From contig JAHDSB010000077.1 in the NCBI GenBank assembly GCA_018433015.1, forward strand, positions 742 through 64,741: DNA of 64,000 nt, written 5' to 3'. The notes under the pieces were generated by a model. That model did not search any database. It was given only the letters and a program-made list of their open reading frames with translations, and was not told where the DNA came from. Made by a program: the position numbers and the translations under genes. Positions 18,962 to 28,120 of the stretch are shown here, in pieces. Source of the DNA: Clostridia bacterium. GTDB taxonomy: Bacteria > Bacillota > Peptococcia > DRI-13 > SV3-B141. Position 1 is the first letter of the stretch; each line of letters begins with the position of its first letter.

Positions 18962-18982
18962 TTTTATCCAATAGCTAACCAC
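18962..18982. repeat. 21-nt exact repeat, copy A (pnp 5' UTR)
   Basis: Plus strand TTTTATCCAATAGCTAACCAC, identical to 28121..28141. It lies 43 nt upstream of the pnp start codon. Confidence 0.9.
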
Positions 18983-19046
18983 TACTAATCCTTCGTTTCT
19001 CTACAAGATGAGGGGTAGTGCTAAGCTCCTGGATAACATCTTCTAA

Positions 19047-19078
19047 GAATCAGATGAGTTTAAACTCACATCTGATTC
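19047..19078 (-). promoter_or_regulatory. long hairpin in the rpsO-pnp intergenic leader
   Basis: GAATCAGATGTGAGTTTAAACTCATCTGATTC on the minus strand: 9 bp, a 2-nt bulge, 4 bp, TTAA loop, no U-tract. Confidence 0.45.
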
Positions 19079-19169
19079 AAGAATACTGTTTATCTGAATA
19101 GATTTCTACACAACTTTTATTATTTCCTTCTCTGGGTGTAAAAAATACCATTCCTGCTAATTTAAAAGG

Positions 19170-19196
19170 ATAAAACGAAAGGGCGGTAAACCGCCC
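19170..19196 (-). terminator. rho-independent terminator after rpsO
   Basis: GGGCGG-TTTA-CCGCCC hairpin starting in the rpsO stop codon, followed by TTTCGTTTTAT. Confidence 0.75.
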
Positions 19197-19465
19197 TATC
19201 TTCTGATGCCAAGACTTGCAATGACTTTCCTATATCTATCCACATCTTTTTTCTTAAGATAATTTAATAAGCCTCTCCTATGTCCAACCATTTTGAGCAG
19301 TCCACGTCTGGAATGATGATCCTTCTTGTGTACTTTCAAATGATCTGTCAGATAGTTAATCCTTTCAGATAAAATAGCAATCTGAACTTCTGGAGAACCT
19401 GTATCACTTTCATGGATACGATATTGTTCAATCAATTCCTTTTTTCTTTCAAGTGTCATGGACAT
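19196..19465 (-). CDS. rpsO: 30S ribosomal protein S15
   Basis: 89-aa product from the ATG with GGAGGTG SD; [37 protein letters not shown] is canonical S15. Confidence 0.95.
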   Translation of the reverse strand: MSMTLERKKELIEQYRIHESDTGSPEVQIAILSERINYLTDHLKVHKKDHHSRRGLLKMVGHRRGLLNYLKKKDVDRYRKVIASLGIRR

Positions 19466-19538
19466 AAAAAATTCACCTCCTTTTTTATCCACCATAGCCA
19501 AGTTAAACGATGGTGAAGCGTCAAACCTAGCATACGGT

Positions 19539-19581
19539 ATTATAACATACTAATTATATGCTAAGAAATCAATGATTGCAA
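19539..19581 (-). promoter_or_regulatory. tandem sigma-A-type promoters upstream of rpsO
   Basis: TTGCAA (19581..19576), 17-nt spacer, TATAAT (19558..19553); then an extended -10 TGTTATAAT (-10 hexamer at 19544..19539). Confidence 0.55.
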
Positions 19582-19616
19582 GCTTGTCTTTCCCCTGCTT
19601 AAAATTTTTTATATGT

Positions 19617-19841
19617 TTAACCCTTGCCGATTATTGTTATTACTAATCGTCCACTAGGGATATCCTTTGCAACTATATCAAAGATTCTGCCAGATTTGCT
19701 AACAAACCCACGAAACCTTGTGGCTGTAGGTATATGTCCTGGTATTTCCTTGGCCGCTGCAACTATATCTGCTACTATGATTTTTTTTTGTCTATAATCT
19801 TTAAGTCTTTTTCTGGCATGCTCAGTAATAATTATACGCAT
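19617..19841 (-). CDS. hypothetical small basic protein, toxin-like (74 aa)
   Basis: Internal ATG at 19841 has AGGAG 8 nt upstream and lies 14 nt after the upstream ORF stop. The longer track ORF (to 19904) would overlap that ORF by 49 nt with no SD. Product: MRIIITEHARKRLKD...LVITIIGKG. Confidence 0.45.
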   Translation of the reverse strand: MRIIITEHARKRLKDYRQKKIIVADIVAAAKEIPGHIPTATRFRGFVSKSGRIFDIVAKDIPSGRLVITIIGKG

Positions 19842-19855
19842 ATTAGGGCTCCTAC

Positions 19856-20071
19856 TTAACAGGATAAGACTTTTTGAGGAGTCTCCTTTTGGGCTAGAAT
19901 GCAATAAAATGCATCTAAAAAAGCTTCCTGGTCAGGTTTATCAACATCAATATTCTTATAGATAATTTCCAGTTCTTCATATAAGCTAGAAAATTCTTTA
20001 TCAAAAATGATTTTACATGCTAATTGCGATGTTGCTAAAGTCTTATAGTGATTTCTAGCGACTTTGACCAT
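19856..20071 (-). CDS. hypothetical small acidic protein, antitoxin-like by position (71 aa)
   Basis: GGAGG 8 nt upstream of ATG, 51 nt after the ribF stop with no terminator. No recognisable motif. Confidence 0.4.
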   Translation of the reverse strand: MVKVARNHYKTLATSQLACKIIFDKEFSSLYEELEIIYKNIDVDKPDQEAFLDAFYCILAQKETPQKVLSC

Positions 20072-20122
20072 GCTTTTTTCCTCCTCTACCTCAGGTATTA
20101 CATTTTATTTCAGCATAAATAA

Positions 20123-21067
20123 TTATATTCTTAAATATTTTAAGTGATGGGATATTATAGAACGTGCAGTTATAACATCTTGTGATATTTGTTTTTGTAG
20201 CTCATTACCATCTTTAAAACATCTTTCCGGTCTGATTCTTTTTAACAATTTAATTTTTAATTTCTTATTATATAGGTTGCTGTGAAAATCTAAAATATGT
20301 ACTTCAATAGTTACCGATGAACTATTAAAAGTTGGTTTTGTGCCAATATTAACTACGGCTGAAATCATTTTTCCCTCTAATTCTACAAGGGCAGCATAAA
20401 CACCGTAAGCCGGTAAAAGAATGCTGTCAGCCAATTTCAGGTTTGCCGTAGGGTAACCTAGCAGACGACCTCTTTTGTCTCCAGAAACAACTGTGCCTTC
20501 CAGAGTAGGCCAATATCCTAAGAATTTATAAACTTCTTCTATTCTGCCTGCGGCATACTTCTCTCTTATTACAGTACTACTAACTATCTCTCCATCTAAT
20601 TCCACGGGGTCCATAACATAAACTTGATACCCCCATTTACTACCTTCTGTTTCTAATAAGTGGGGAGTTCCCTTCCCTTTTTTACCAAAAGTATAATTAA
20701 AACCTACATATATTTTTTTTGCTTTAAATATATCTATAAGATACTTTTTAATAAAATTTTCTGGTTCAATGGCAGCAGTTTCATGGTTAAAAGGCATTAA
20801 AAAAAGGTTTTTTACGCCTATTTTCTCCATTAGTTCCTTTTTTTGGTTTAATGTGCTTAAAAATTTGATGCTGCTTGTGCCCTTCAAAACTACAGATGGA
20901 TGGGGTTCAAATGTTAATACGGAAGGCTCCCAACCATTAATGCGAGATTCATATACACACTTATTAATTAAGGCCTGATGCCCTTTATGTACTCCATCAA
21001 AATTACCTAGTACTAAAGCCAAAGGTTTTTTTACTTTAATTTCTGAGAAATTATTTATAACTTCCAT
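20123..21067 (-). CDS. ribF: bifunctional riboflavin kinase / FMN adenylyltransferase
   Basis: LGNFDGVHKGHQ adenylyltransferase motif, C-terminal kinase GRLLGYPTANL. Confidence 0.92.
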   Translation of the reverse strand: MEVINNFSEIKVKKPLALVLGNFDGVHKGHQALINKCVYESRINGWEPSVLTFEPHPSVVLKGTSSIKFLSTLNQKKELMEKIGVKNLFLMPFNHETAAIEPENFIKKYLIDIFKAKKIYVGFNYTFGKKGKGTPHLLETEGSKWGYQVYVMDPVELDGEIVSSTVIREKYAAGRIEEVYKFLGYWPTLEGTVVSGDKRGRLLGYPTANLKLADSILLPAYGVYAALVELEGKMISAVVNIGTKPTFNSSSVTIEVHILDFHSNLYNKKLKIKLLKRIRPERCFKDGNELQKQISQDVITARSIISHHLKYLRI

Positions 21068-21071
21068 AGCT

Positions 21072-22004
21072 TTACTCCATATGAAAAACTTTTTTGGGTT
21101 TTATTTGGATTACTTCGTTTTTAGCCCTCACTGTTGTCAAAGCATGAAAAATCCCCCTGACATCATAAACTGCCACAGGAGCTTGTACCTGCAAGACTTG
21201 TGTTATAGGATATTCACTACCCTCTTTCATAAAACAAGCTTCATCTTGCTTCACATCTATCATTTTTCCCTGCTTTACAGCTGTGATATTTTTATCACTC
21301 AGTTTAATACTAATTAATTCCTGAACACAATAGCTCATGGGTAACACTAATTTTTCTTTGTATTTCCTAATATTTTCCAAAGTATGACAGTCAGCTAAAC
21401 TAAACTTGCCTACTTTGGTTCGCAATAAAAATGAAAGATAACCTCCTACACCAAGGGTTTCACCTATATCATGGCATAAGGTTCTAATATAGGTACCTTT
21501 GGAGCAATTCACCAACATACTAACAGCAGGGAGCTGGAGCTCAGTTATCTTTATATCATTAATCGTTACATTACGCACTGGTGTATCTATTTGCTTTCCG
21601 CTTCTGGCCATTTTATAAAGAGGTTGCCCTTTAACCTTAACTGCGGAGTACATAGGTGTTACCTGTTGTATCTCACCAACAAAACGCGCTATTACTTGTT
21701 TAACCTGTTCAACAGTAACACAGGCCGCCTTTGCTTGATTCTCTTTTATTACTTCTCCCCATGCATCTTGAGTTGTAGTGGAACAACCTATTTTCATCGT
21801 ACAAAAATATTCTTTATCACGAATAGTTAGGTAATCTACTAAGCGAGTGGCTTGCCCTATACATACAGGAAGGACTCCTGCTGCTTCAGGATCCAAAGTT
21901 CCCGCATGGCCTATCCGCTTCATTTTAAATTCACGGCGTAGAAAAGCTACTACATCATGGGAAGTCATGCCTGGCGGTTTGAGAACATTAATTACTCCGT
22001 TCAT
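21072..22004 (-). CDS. truB: tRNA pseudouridine(55) synthase
   Basis: MNGVINVLKPPGMTSHDVV...GHAGTLDPEAAGVLPV catalytic Asp motif. Start at 22004 gives the typical N-terminus. Confidence 0.92.
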   Translation of the reverse strand: MNGVINVLKPPGMTSHDVVAFLRREFKMKRIGHAGTLDPEAAGVLPVCIGQATRLVDYLTIRDKEYFCTMKIGCSTTTQDAWGEVIKENQAKAACVTVEQVKQVIARFVGEIQQVTPMYSAVKVKGQPLYKMARSGKQIDTPVRNVTINDIKITELQLPAVSMLVNCSKGTYIRTLCHDIGETLGVGGYLSFLLRTKVGKFSLADCHTLENIRKYKEKLVLPMSYCVQELISIKLSDKNITAVKQGKMIDVKQDEACFMKEGSEYPITQVLQVQAPVAVYDVRGIFHALTTVRAKNEVIQIKPKKVFHME

Positions 22005-22974
22005 TATCTCCCCTACCTTTAAGAGCGCCTTCCGCTTTCTGTAAGACTTCATCTACTATATCAGAGAGATTTCCCCTTATAGTACATCCTGCCGCTCTAG
22101 GATGTCCGCCCCCTTCATATTCTTGGGCTAATTCATTAACGTTGTAAAAAGATTTGGATCTAAGACTGAGCTTTACTTGCCCCGGCGCCACTTCTTTAAA
22201 TAAAAGAGCCACCTCAACGCCTTCAGTAGAACGTAAGATATTAATTAAACCATCTGTATCTGCCGTTAAAAGGTCATTTTTCGACAAATCTCCATATCCA
22301 ATGGTACAAGCGGCCACTTGTCCCTCCGGGGAAAGATATAGATTATCTAAACCCTTTTTAATTATTAATAAATCTTTCAAAGGCTTCTTTTCATAAATAT
22401 TATATCTTATGCTATCTATATCGGCCCCTTTGGCCAAGAGCTCCGCGGCTATCTGTAATGTTTGATAAGTAGTATTGCTGTAGCTAAAGGAACCTGTATC
22501 TGATGATATAGCTGTATAAAGACATGTAGCTATATCACCAGTTATTTTTATATCACTTTCATGCAAAAGCTTATAGATGATTTCCCCTGCAGCAGCAGCT
22601 TCAGCATCTACCAAATTATAGTCACCAAAGGAAGTATTGCTAATGTGATGGTCTATATTTATAATGCCTACAGAGTTTTTAGGGAGGCGATATTCAAAGC
22701 GCTTTGTATCTGCACAATCTACGGCAATAATTAATACATCGTGGGGAAGCAAATATGGAGGTTTTATCGATATTAAATGTTGCCCCGGCAAAAACTCATA
22801 TATTTCCGGCATTTTATTAGGCATAAGAATTTCCGGGTTATAGCCTTTACTTTCCAGAGCCAAACCTAAGGCTAAGGCCGAGCCTAGACAATCGCCATCG
22901 GGTTTCTCATGGATAAGTATTAAAATATCGGATTTTCCATGAAGATACGAATTTATCTTAGACCACTCAGTCAT
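21988..22974 (-). CDS. nrnA: DHH/DHHA1 phosphoesterase, NrnA-like oligoribonuclease/pAp phosphatase
   Basis: HEKPDGDCLGS, NIDHHISN (DHH) and C-terminal GGGHPRAAG (DHHA1) motifs. Confidence 0.85.
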   Translation of the reverse strand: MTEWSKINSYLHGKSDILILIHEKPDGDCLGSALALGLALESKGYNPEILMPNKMPEIYEFLPGQHLISIKPPYLLPHDVLIIAVDCADTKRFEYRLPKNSVGIINIDHHISNTSFGDYNLVDAEAAAAGEIIYKLLHESDIKITGDIATCLYTAISSDTGSFSYSNTTYQTLQIAAELLAKGADIDSIRYNIYEKKPLKDLLIIKKGLDNLYLSPEGQVAACTIGYGDLSKNDLLTADTDGLINILRSTEGVEVALLFKEVAPGQVKLSLRSKSFYNVNELAQEYEGGGHPRAAGCTIRGNLSDIVDEVLQKAEGALKGRGDNERSN

Positions 22975-23338
22975 TCTCATCCTCAGCTTTCTCGGATTTA
23001 TTAATGTTGGAGATGATTTTATTTATCTTATCACCGTATTGAATAGAATCATCAAATTTAAAGATTAGCTCTGGCGTGTAGCGGAGTTGCAAGCGTTTTG
23101 CTAATTCACTCCGTAAATATCCGCTGGCCTTTTCTAATGCTTTGAAAGCACTTTTCTCGTCATTTTCTTGCGAGTACATGCTAACAAAGATCTTGGCATA
23201 TCTTAAATCATTAGTAACTTCAACATGGGTAACACTAATAAGTCCTTTGAGCCGAGGGTCTTTCAGATCATCCCTGATCATTTGGGCTATTTCACGTTTA
23301 ATTTCTTCAGCCACCCTAACTGATCGATGATTTGTCAT
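22967..23338 (-). CDS. rbfA: ribosome-binding factor A
   Basis: RVAEEIKREIAQMIRDDLKDPRL...ITVTHVEVTNDLRYAKIF is typical RbfA. Confidence 0.92.
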   Translation of the reverse strand: MTNHRSVRVAEEIKREIAQMIRDDLKDPRLKGLISVTHVEVTNDLRYAKIFVSMYSQENDEKSAFKALEKASGYLRSELAKRLQLRYTPELIFKFDDSIQYGDKINKIISNINKSEKAEDEND

Positions 23339-23372
23339 AATTAAATTTCCCCCTCACGACAGCAAATTTCTA

Positions 23373-25730
23373 TTATAATTCTCTTTTCACTTCTTCAAAT
23401 GTGAAGGCTTCCAGTATATCATTATCATGAATATCATTAAATTTCTCTAAACCAATACCGCATTCATAGCCGCTAGCCACTTCTTTAGCGTCATCTTTAA
23501 ATCTTTTTAGGGAATCGATATTACCTTCGTGAATAACTACTCCATCTCTAACGACACGCACTTGGGCATTACGCACGATTTTACCTTCTGTCACATAACA
23601 ACCGGCGATAGTACCGACTTTAGGAACTTTGAAAGTAGCTCTTACCTCTGCTGTACCTAAAACAACTTCTTTTAAATCCGGTTGTAAAAGACCGCTCATA
23701 GCAGCTTTAATATCTTCGATAGCATCATAAATAACGCGATATAATCTAATGTCTATTTGCTGCTTTTCCGCTACTTTTCTGGCATTGGCATCGGGCCTTA
23801 CATTAAATCCGATAATAATGGCGTTTGAGGCATCTGCCAACATTACATCAGTTTCAATTATTGCTCCAACACCCTGATGAATAATATTAACACGCACCTC
23901 GTCAGTACTTAATTTTTCTAGGGATTGTTTGATTGCTTCAATAGAACCCTGAACATCAGCTTTAATAATAATATTAAGCTCTTTTATATCCCCTTCTTTG
24001 ATTTGTGAGAACAGATCATCTAGGGATATGCGGGTTCTTGCTTGCTGGGTTTCTTCTTTTTGTTGCGTGATCCGCTCATCAATAATCTGCTTAGCTAAAC
24101 GTTCCTCCGTTACAACATGAAATACATCCCCAGCTTGGGGAACTTTATCTAAACCGATTACTTCTACAGGCGTTGAAGGCAGAGCATTCTTTTGATTTCT
24201 TCCTTTATCATCTTGCATAGCTCTTATTCTTCCTTGGGAATAACCTACAACTAAATAGTCTCCTACATTCAAAGTACCGTTTTCTACTAATACTGTAGCT
24301 ACAGGGCCTCTACCTTTATCTAACTTAGCTTCAACTACAGTACCTTTTGCATTTCTATTAGGATTTGCTTTGATGTCAGTTACCTCAGCTACTAACAGGA
24401 TCATTTCCAAGAGAGAATCAAGACCTTCTTTGGTCTTAGCTGATACATTCACACAGATAGTATCTCCGCCCCACTCTTCAGGAATAAGCCCATATTCTGT
24501 TAACTCTTGTTTAATACGTTCCGGGTTGGCTTCCGGTTTATCTACTTTATTGATAGCTACAATGATAGGTACTTTTGCTGCCTGGGCATGATTAATAGCT
24601 TCTATAGTTTGAGGTTTAACGCCATCATCAGCAGCAACAACTAAAATAGCAATATCTGTTATTTGGGCTCCTCTCGCCCTCATAGCTGTAAAAGCTTCGT
24701 GACCCGGTGTATCTAAAAATGTTATTTTTTTGCCTGCTACTTCAACCTGGTAAGCACCTATATGCTGAGTAATTCCACCTGCTTCTGTGGCTGTAACATT
24801 AGTATGTCTTATTATATCAAGCAAGGAGGTTTTCCCGTGGTCAACATGACCCATGATGGTAACTACAGGAGGCCTTTCTTGTAAATCTTCAGGATCATCT
24901 GTAGTTTCTGCAGCAGCAGTAAGGATCTCTTCTTTAGTAGCTTTAATATCTACAGTTACTCCAAATTCTCCTCCTAACAGGATCAATGTATCAATATCCA
25001 ACTCTTGATTAATAGTAGCTAACACACCTAGGTTCATGAGCTTCTTAATAACTTCTGAAGCCTTCTTATTAATTAAATGTGCAAAATCTTGTACTGTCAA
25101 AGATCCTTCAAGAGTAACTTTCTTAACTAAAACTGGTTCCGCTTTTTCTCTTTTCATTTGCTGATTTCTTCTGTTTTTGTTATTCTTTCCCGGACGTCTG
25201 TTTGATCTTTTATTATCGTCATAACGGGATGTTTTACGGGATGGCGTCTTCTTTTTACCGCCTCTCTCAAAAGCTTTTTGGCCTACTGCCTTTTCAGCTT
25301 TATTTAGTAACTCAGCCGGGTCATTGAATGATTTATCTTTTGTTTTATCATTTTTGGCAGTATTTTTTTCAGCCGGTTTAGTATTATTTGGTTTAGTATT
25401 ATTTGGTCTATTGTTCCTATAATTTTGTTGGTTTTTTGTCTCTTTATTATTGTAATGAGGTTTATTAGCCTGAGAGTTATGTTTATCCGTTTCTCTGTTC
25501 CTTTCTTGCTTCATAGGTTTTTGGGCAGGCTTTTGCTCTCTAGATGTATTGGTATTAACATTATCTTTATCTAAATTAAGCACCATTTTTTTTATTCTTT
25601 CTGCTTCGCCGCTAGGGATTGTGCTCATATGGTTTTTCACATTTAGACCGAGAGTCTGCAATTTACCCAACAATTCTTTGCTAGCCATGTTCATTTCTTT
25701 TGCTAATTCATGCACACGAATTGTAGCCAT
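23373..25730 (-). CDS. infB: translation initiation factor IF-2
   Basis: [13 protein letters not shown]1 motif, [13 protein letters not shown]-terminal basic/asparagine-rich disordered region. Confidence 0.97.
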   Translation of the reverse strand: MATIRVHELAKEMNMASKELLGKLQTLGLNVKNHMSTIPSGEAERIKKMVLNLDKDNVNTNTSREQKPAQKPMKQERNRETDKHNSQANKPHYNNKETKNQQNYRNNRPNNTKPNNTKPAEKNTAKNDKTKDKSFNDPAELLNKAEKAVGQKAFERGGKKKTPSRKTSRYDDNKRSNRRPGKNNKNRRNQQMKREKAEPVLVKKVTLEGSLTVQDFAHLINKKASEVIKKLMNLGVLATINQELDIDTLILLGGEFGVTVDIKATKEEILTAAAETTDDPEDLQERPPVVTIMGHVDHGKTSLLDIIRHTNVTATEAGGITQHIGAYQVEVAGKKITFLDTPGHEAFTAMRARGAQITDIAILVVAADDGVKPQTIEAINHAQAAKVPIIVAINKVDKPEANPERIKQELTEYGLIPEEWGGDTICVNVSAKTKEGLDSLLEMILLVAEVTDIKANPNRNAKGTVVEAKLDKGRGPVATVLVENGTLNVGDYLVVGYSQGRIRAMQDDKGRNQKNALPSTPVEVIGLDKVPQAGDVFHVVTEERLAKQIIDERITQQKEETQQARTRISLDDLFSQIKEGDIKELNIIIKADVQGSIEAIKQSLEKLSTDEVRVNIIHQGVGAIIETDVMLADASNAIIIGFNVRPDANARKVAEKQQIDIRLYRVIYDAIEDIKAAMSGLLQPDLKEVVLGTAEVRATFKVPKVGTIAGCYVTEGKIVRNAQVRVVRDGVVIHEGNIDSLKRFKDDAKEVASGYECGIGLEKFNDIHDNDILEAFTFEEVKREL
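25375..25404. repeat. perfect 15-bp tandem duplication inside infB
   Basis: GGTTTAGTATTATTT occurs twice (plus 3 nt of a third unit), encoding [10 protein letters not shown] in the disordered N-terminal region of IF-2. Confidence 0.9.
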
Positions 25731-26075
25731 TTAATCACCTCCATAAGAATCAGTTAAACCCGTTGCTGTGAGTCTTAACTGTTTGAGGATCGCTTGAGCC
25801 ATCTGTTTATCAGTTACCGTAAGTAGGTTTCGCGGCGATATACCCAGAATAGCACCATATTCCTCTTTCGTACCAAGTACATAATATTTAATATTTTTTT
25901 CTTTACACTTCTTTTCCCAGTATTTCTTGCGTTTTTCTGGCATATCACTAGCTATAAGTAGAAAAGTAAAGATATTACGCTTCATTCCATCTTCAACAGC
26001 AGTCTCCCCACTGATGACTTTGCCACTCTTTTTAGCAAACCCTAGCAAAGTTTTAACCTTTGGATTGATCAACAT
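25731..26075 (-). CDS. ylxQ: L7Ae-family RNA-binding protein YlxQ
   Basis: LLGFAKKSGKVISGE ... LLIASD ... pattern; position between ylxR and infB. Confidence 0.8.
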   Translation of the reverse strand: MLINPKVKTLLGFAKKSGKVISGETAVEDGMKRNIFTFLLIASDMPEKRKKYWEKKCKEKNIKYYVLGTKEEYGAILGISPRNLLTVTDKQMAQAILKQLRLTATGLTDSYGGD

Positions 26076-26334
26076 ACCCTAAACCAACTTTCAAACGCTC
26101 GATAATTTCTTCACTTATAGGTTGCTGAAGATTTTTTTCCAAGAGTTTTCCTTTTAACGCCTTCACAAGACACTCTTTTTCTGGGCAAAGATAAACTCCT
26201 CTTCCTGATTTTTTACCGGTAGAGTCCAAAATCACTTCTCCATCAGGAGTTCTAACTATCCTGATCAGTTCTTTTTTAGGTTTCATCTCCCGACAACCTA
26301 CACACATTCTTTGAGGAACTTTTTTTTGTCGCAC
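26053..26334 (-). CDS. ylxR: YlxR-family (DUF448) RNA-binding protein
   Basis: RMCVGCREMKPKKELIRIV ... GRGVYLC signature; GTG start with GGGGTGA SD. Confidence 0.85.
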   Translation of the reverse strand: MRQKKVPQRMCVGCREMKPKKELIRIVRTPDGEVILDSTGKKSGRGVYLCPEKECLVKALKGKLLEKNLQQPISEEIIERLKVGLGYVDQSKG

Positions 26335-26348
26335 TATTTATTCACCCC

Positions 26349-27401
26349 TTATTCCGTAGGATTAGAGGCTTGTGACTGTGATTCACTTTTAATATCAATT
26401 TTCCAATTTGTAAGTTTAGCAGCCAAGCGAGCATTTTGCCCTTCTTTTCCAATGGCTAGTGATAATTGATAATCGGGAACAACCACCTTAGCCATCTTTT
26501 CTTCAACCAAAATATCAACTGAAACCACTTTGGCCGGGCTTAAAGCGTTAGCAATGTATTTTACCGGATCCACATTCCATTTTACAATATCAATTTTTTC
26601 CCCTTTAAGTTCTGTTACAATTGCCTGGACTCTTAAACCTTTAGGACCCACACATGCACCTACGGGATCAACGTTCTCATTTTTGGAGTACACTGCTATT
26701 TTAGAACGTGATCCTGCCTCACGGGCTACAGATTTAAGTTCAACTGTACCATCATGAATTTCTGGGACTTCCAATTCAAATAAGCGTTTTAATAAGCCGG
26801 GATGAGTTCTGGATACTAAGATTTGAGGACCCTTAGTAGTCTTCTTTACATCAACTATATATGTTTTAATCCGATCTCCATTTTTATACTGTTCCCCCGG
26901 CATTTGTTCATTTTGTACAAGTTGGGCTTCAGTTTTTCCTAAGTCAATATATACAGTTCTGTTTTCTATTCTCTGGACTACACCAGTAACAATATCTCCT
27001 TCTCTGTTGGAATACTCATCAAAAATTATTTCTCTTTCAGCTTCCCTGATTCTTTGTACAACCACTTGCTTAGCCGTTTGTGCAGCGATCCGTCCAAAGT
27101 TTTTCGGAGTAACCTCAACCTCAACAATGTCTTCCAACTCATAGCGGGGATCTTTTTTCCGCGCTTCATCCAAGGAGATTTCAGTTATCTCATTGGAGCT
27201 CTCTTCCACTACTGTTTTTCTGGCATAGACTTTTATTTCTCCTGTATCTCTATCAAAATGCACCCGTACATTTTGTAAAGTACCAAAGTTCTTCTTATAG
27301 GCAGAAATTAAAGCAGCCTCAATAGCTTCGACTAATATATTCGGATTAATTCCTTTTTCCTTCTCCAAAGCATTAATAGCTTCAATCAACTCAATATTCA
27401 T
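26349..27401 (-). CDS. nusA: transcription termination/antitermination factor NusA
   Basis: N-terminal domain, S1 (GDIVTGVVQRIE) and two KH domains; canonical position after rimP. Confidence 0.97.
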   Translation of the reverse strand: MNIELIEAINALEKEKGINPNILVEAIEAALISAYKKNFGTLQNVRVHFDRDTGEIKVYARKTVVEESSNEITEISLDEARKKDPRYELEDIVEVEVTPKNFGRIAAQTAKQVVVQRIREAEREIIFDEYSNREGDIVTGVVQRIENRTVYIDLGKTEAQLVQNEQMPGEQYKNGDRIKTYIVDVKKTTKGPQILVSRTHPGLLKRLFELEVPEIHDGTVELKSVAREAGSRSKIAVYSKNENVDPVGACVGPKGLRVQAIVTELKGEKIDIVKWNVDPVKYIANALSPAKVVSVDILVEEKMAKVVVPDYQLSLAIGKEGQNARLAAKLTNWKIDIKSESQSQASNPTE

Positions 27402-27494
27402 TTATTATCCTCCTATTTATCCCGGTGTTAACTAATGCTAACACCCGATTGCTCAACTAACCCATCAGTTAGAGATTCCTCTGAGAAGTTTCTC

Positions 27495-27959
27495 TTAATC
27501 TTGCCAGGCAAGTCTCACTTGAGCTACCTTATTTCTGGGAACAGATAACTCTTCACCGTCCTCTAAATATAAAACTAGATTTTCTTCATTAACGGGTCCT
27601 AGTTTCCCTTTAATTACTTTACTTCCATTAATAGGTGCATAAGTATGTACATTAACTAAAGCCTCTTGGAACCTCACAAAATCTTTTTCTCTAAATAAAA
27701 TACGTTCAATACCGGGTGATGATACTTCAAGAAAATAAGCTTGTGAGATAGGATCTTTTTCATCTAACAAATCGGAAAGTACTGTGCTTACAGCTTGACA
27801 ATCATCCAGGTCGACTCCATCTTCTTTATCTATATAAATTCTTAGATACCAGTTCGCCCCCTCCTTAACAAATTCGACAGCCACCAGTTCCATATCCATA
27901 CTTTCTACAACAGGCTCAGCCAGATTATAGACTATATCATGAATTTTCTCTCCCTGCAT
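27495..27959 (-). CDS. rimP: ribosome maturation factor RimP
   Basis: LEVSSPGIERIL motif; AAGGAGG SD. Confidence 0.9.
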   Translation of the reverse strand: MQGEKIHDIVYNLAEPVVESMDMELVAVEFVKEGANWYLRIYIDKEDGVDLDDCQAVSTVLSDLLDEKDPISQAYFLEVSSPGIERILFREKDFVRFQEALVNVHTYAPINGSKVIKGKLGPVNEENLVLYLEDGEELSVPRNKVAQVRLAWQD

Positions 27960-28013
27960 GCACAGGCCTCCTTAGTGTATTTTACTTATATTTTTCTCAA
28001 AAACCCGCCTGTA

Positions 28014-28047
28014 ATATAAATGAAAGAGTGGGTTTTTTTCCCACTCT
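28014..28047 (-). terminator. rho-independent terminator after polC
   Basis: Stem AGAGTGGG/CCCACTCT (8 bp, A7 loop) followed by TTCATTTAT. Confidence 0.75.
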
Positions 28048-28120
28048 CGCTGTACTAAAACGTCGGATTGCATGATTGTTACCCTTTACAGTCTAACACA
28101 TCGGATTAACACTTGGCAAG

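Noticed and set aside
19617-19904. The 95-aa long form of the toxin-like ORF, starting at 19904.
   Set aside because: It would overlap the upstream 71-aa ORF by 49 nt and has no SD. The internal ATG at 19841 has AGGAG at ideal spacing.
22418-22425. GCCGATAT (sigma-D -10 consensus) on the minus strand inside nrnA.
   Set aside because: There is no TAAA -35 element at the required spacing of about 15 nt, and it lies in the middle of a coding region. Likely chance.
27972-28073. 33-codon ORF in the polC-rimP intergenic region as a real small gene.
   Set aside because: Its SD is weak (AAAGGG), the frame runs through the polC terminator hairpin, and no motif is recognisable. It is kept only as part of the repeat/duplication observation.
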